Part shown: one piece after another, positions 50,307 through 51,324 of the stretch
How the letters are laid out: every line of letters starts with the position of its first letter
How positions within the stretch are numbered: the stretch's first letter is position 1
DNA from: a virus
Reading direction: 5' to 3' (one strand)
DNA length: 51,324 nucleotides
IMG/VR virus record: IMGVR_UViG_3300027863_000005
Coordinates: 1-51,324 of that record
The notes under the pieces: generated by a model
The model's input: the letters and a program-made list of their open reading frames with translations, nothing else
The model's database searches: none
Told to the model about the DNA's origin: nothing
Position numbers and translations under genes: made by a program

Positions 50307-50753
50307 ATGAAGCCTGTCGTGATGTCACCAGAGGAGCAAGCCTTGCTCCAAATCGCCCGCAACTTGGGGATTGTGGGTGCTCTGTTGGAGCAAGCGCGCC
50401 AAAAGGAGGTGGAGCAGAAGAAAGCACAAGCATACGACAAAGCGCTCCACCTTGCGGAAGTGGCGTACCGTCAGGCTATTGGTAACGGAGCAAAGGTGGC
50501 ACGGGTGGAGGTGACCGTAGAGGTGGACGGCACGGAGGCCACCGCAATCTACCCCGCTGCTCCGCGCTCCACCAAGACCGCCAGCGGTAAGCATCAGAAC
50601 TATCCCGAAGGATTGGTAGCCGCGCTGAAGGAAGAATCGCAAAAGCGCGGCACAAGGTGGTATGGCGTTGAAAACGCCATCCGGACAAAGTGGGGGCGGG
50701 CAATCTACGAACAGTTTACTTCTTCCCAGACCACCACTGAAACCGACGCGTAG
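50307..50753 (+). CDS. Hypothetical early protein
   Basis: RBS ACACAGGAGGTGCAAA; 148 aa; followed by a strong terminator. Confidence 0.7.
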   Translation: MKPVVMSPEEQALLQIARNLGIVGALLEQARQKEVEQKKAQAYDKALHLAEVAYRQAIGNGAKVARVEVTVEVDGTEATAIYPAAPRSTKTASGKHQNYPEGLVAALKEESQKRGTRWYGVENAIRTKWGRAIYEQFTSSQTTTETDA

Positions 50754-50765
50754 AACATATGACCA

Positions 50766-50797
50766 GGCGGTAAGGTTTAACCTTACCGCCTATTTTT
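50766..50797 (+). terminator. Rho-independent terminator
   Basis: ggcggtaagg-tttaa-ccttaccgcc (10-bp perfect stem) followed by TATTTTTGTG. Confidence 0.85.
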
Positions 50798-50885
50798 GTG
50801 TCCGAAATAAAGAAGATACTGTAGAACAAGGTGGGAAGGTGCAAGACCACCTTCCCCTGCAGGGCAGAATCTAACAGAACCCGGC

Positions 50886-50968
50886 AAAACCCGGCAGAAA
50901 AACGGCCCGAAATCGACGGAAACCCCCGTCAGAAATGGCGGAAAAAACCAGCGATAATCGGGCCGAAA
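50886..50968. repeat. Phased A-tracts (predicted intrinsically bent DNA)
   Basis: A3-A6 runs start at 50886, 50898, 50910, 50920, 50933, 50942 and 50966, separated by G/C-rich 6-9-mers (cccggcAAAAcccggcagAAAAAcggcccgAAAtcgacggAAAcccccgtcagAAAtggcggAAAAAA). Confidence 0.7.
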
Positions 50969-51132
50969 CATCAGACCCTGTACATTTTCGCCGATTTTCT
51001 TTAATTCATCCTTTTACAAAAATAAGGCCACGGACAGTTTCCTGCCAGTAGGCACAGCGGTGCAACTCCGCTGGCGGGCCAATCAGTGTCCCGGAAAATC
51101 TTAGAAAATCTTACCAGGACAGGAGGTGCAGG

Positions 51133-51324
51133 ATGAAGAGAAAGATGATGGATTGGAGACAGGTCGTCCAGGTTGCGGACGGCCTGCCGACCCAGGGGGC
51201 CGTAGAGGCCTTCTGGGACGAACTGGTGGTGCTATCGGACCCCCGCAGGGACTATGTCCCTGTGCGGGCTGTCCGGATGGCGCTGGAGGCCGCGCGGGGA
51301 GTGAAGGAGACAGTGGCCAAGGCC
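51133..51324 (+). CDS. Small membrane protein with Flp-pilin-like motif, 5' part (ORF continues across the contig junction into 128..265)
   Basis: ATG at 51133 preceded by ACAGGAGGTGCAGG. The frame is continuous with ORF 29..265 once the 127-bp overlap is collapsed. Joined product is about 109 aa: MKRKMMDWRQ...AEGGQAVLEYIAVIGLIALVFFLAASWLL... Confidence 0.6.
   Translation, partial: MKRKMMDWRQVVQVADGLPTQGAVEAFWDELVVLSDPRRDYVPVRAVRMALEAARGVKETVAKA
51198..51324. repeat. Terminal direct repeat, copy B (identical to 1..127)
   Basis: Same 127-nt string as 1..127. Confidence 0.97.

Overview
The window is a complete tailed-phage genome with siphovirus-like organisation. Bases 1-127 recur exactly at 51198-51324, so the unique length is 51,197 bp and one small ORF (51133 -> 265) crosses the contig junction. 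All domain calls below come from reading motifs by eye; no searches were run.

Layout:
- A plus-strand early/accessory block runs from about 50.2 kb, through the junction, to 20.1 kb.
- A minus-strand block runs from 48.7 kb down to 20.2 kb: two small regulators, cell-wall hydrolases, TerS, TerL, portal, a 1626-aa multi-enzyme protein, scaffold, major capsid, tail tube, chaperone, a 1414-aa tape measure, tail tip/fibres, and two small membrane proteins.
- The blocks converge on a bidirectional terminator (20145-20180). They diverge from an AT-rich switch/origin-like region (49.4-50.3 kb) next to an XRE repressor.
- Genes are tightly packed, with many ATGA stop/start overlaps and long GGAGGTG Shine-Dalgarno sites. 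Several near-perfect TTGACA-N17-TATAAT promoters are visible.

Most unusual content:
1. A MoxR-like AAA+ ATPase and a VWA/HExxH protein head an operon followed by ten consecutive, translationally coupled, highly diverged paralogues of an unrecognised ~260-aa 'WP-motif' family (2970-10988, about 16% of the genome).
2. A 1626-aa head-module protein fuses a nucleotidyltransferase motif, an MBL-like segment, an ATP-dependent ligase, two tandem Dam-like methyltransferases and a LigD-type 3'-phosphoesterase.
3. The tail-chaperone extension frame needs a -2/+1 shift rather than the usual -1.
4. BNR/Asp-box propeller-like modules are fused to the putative tail-tube protein and to a tail-tip protein.
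5. An array of 11-bp-phased GTTAC-like repeats sits behind a consensus promoter between terL and portal.
6. A Flp-pilin-like small protein is present.

I recognised no integrase, recombinase, DNA polymerase, primase, tRNA or CRISPR array.
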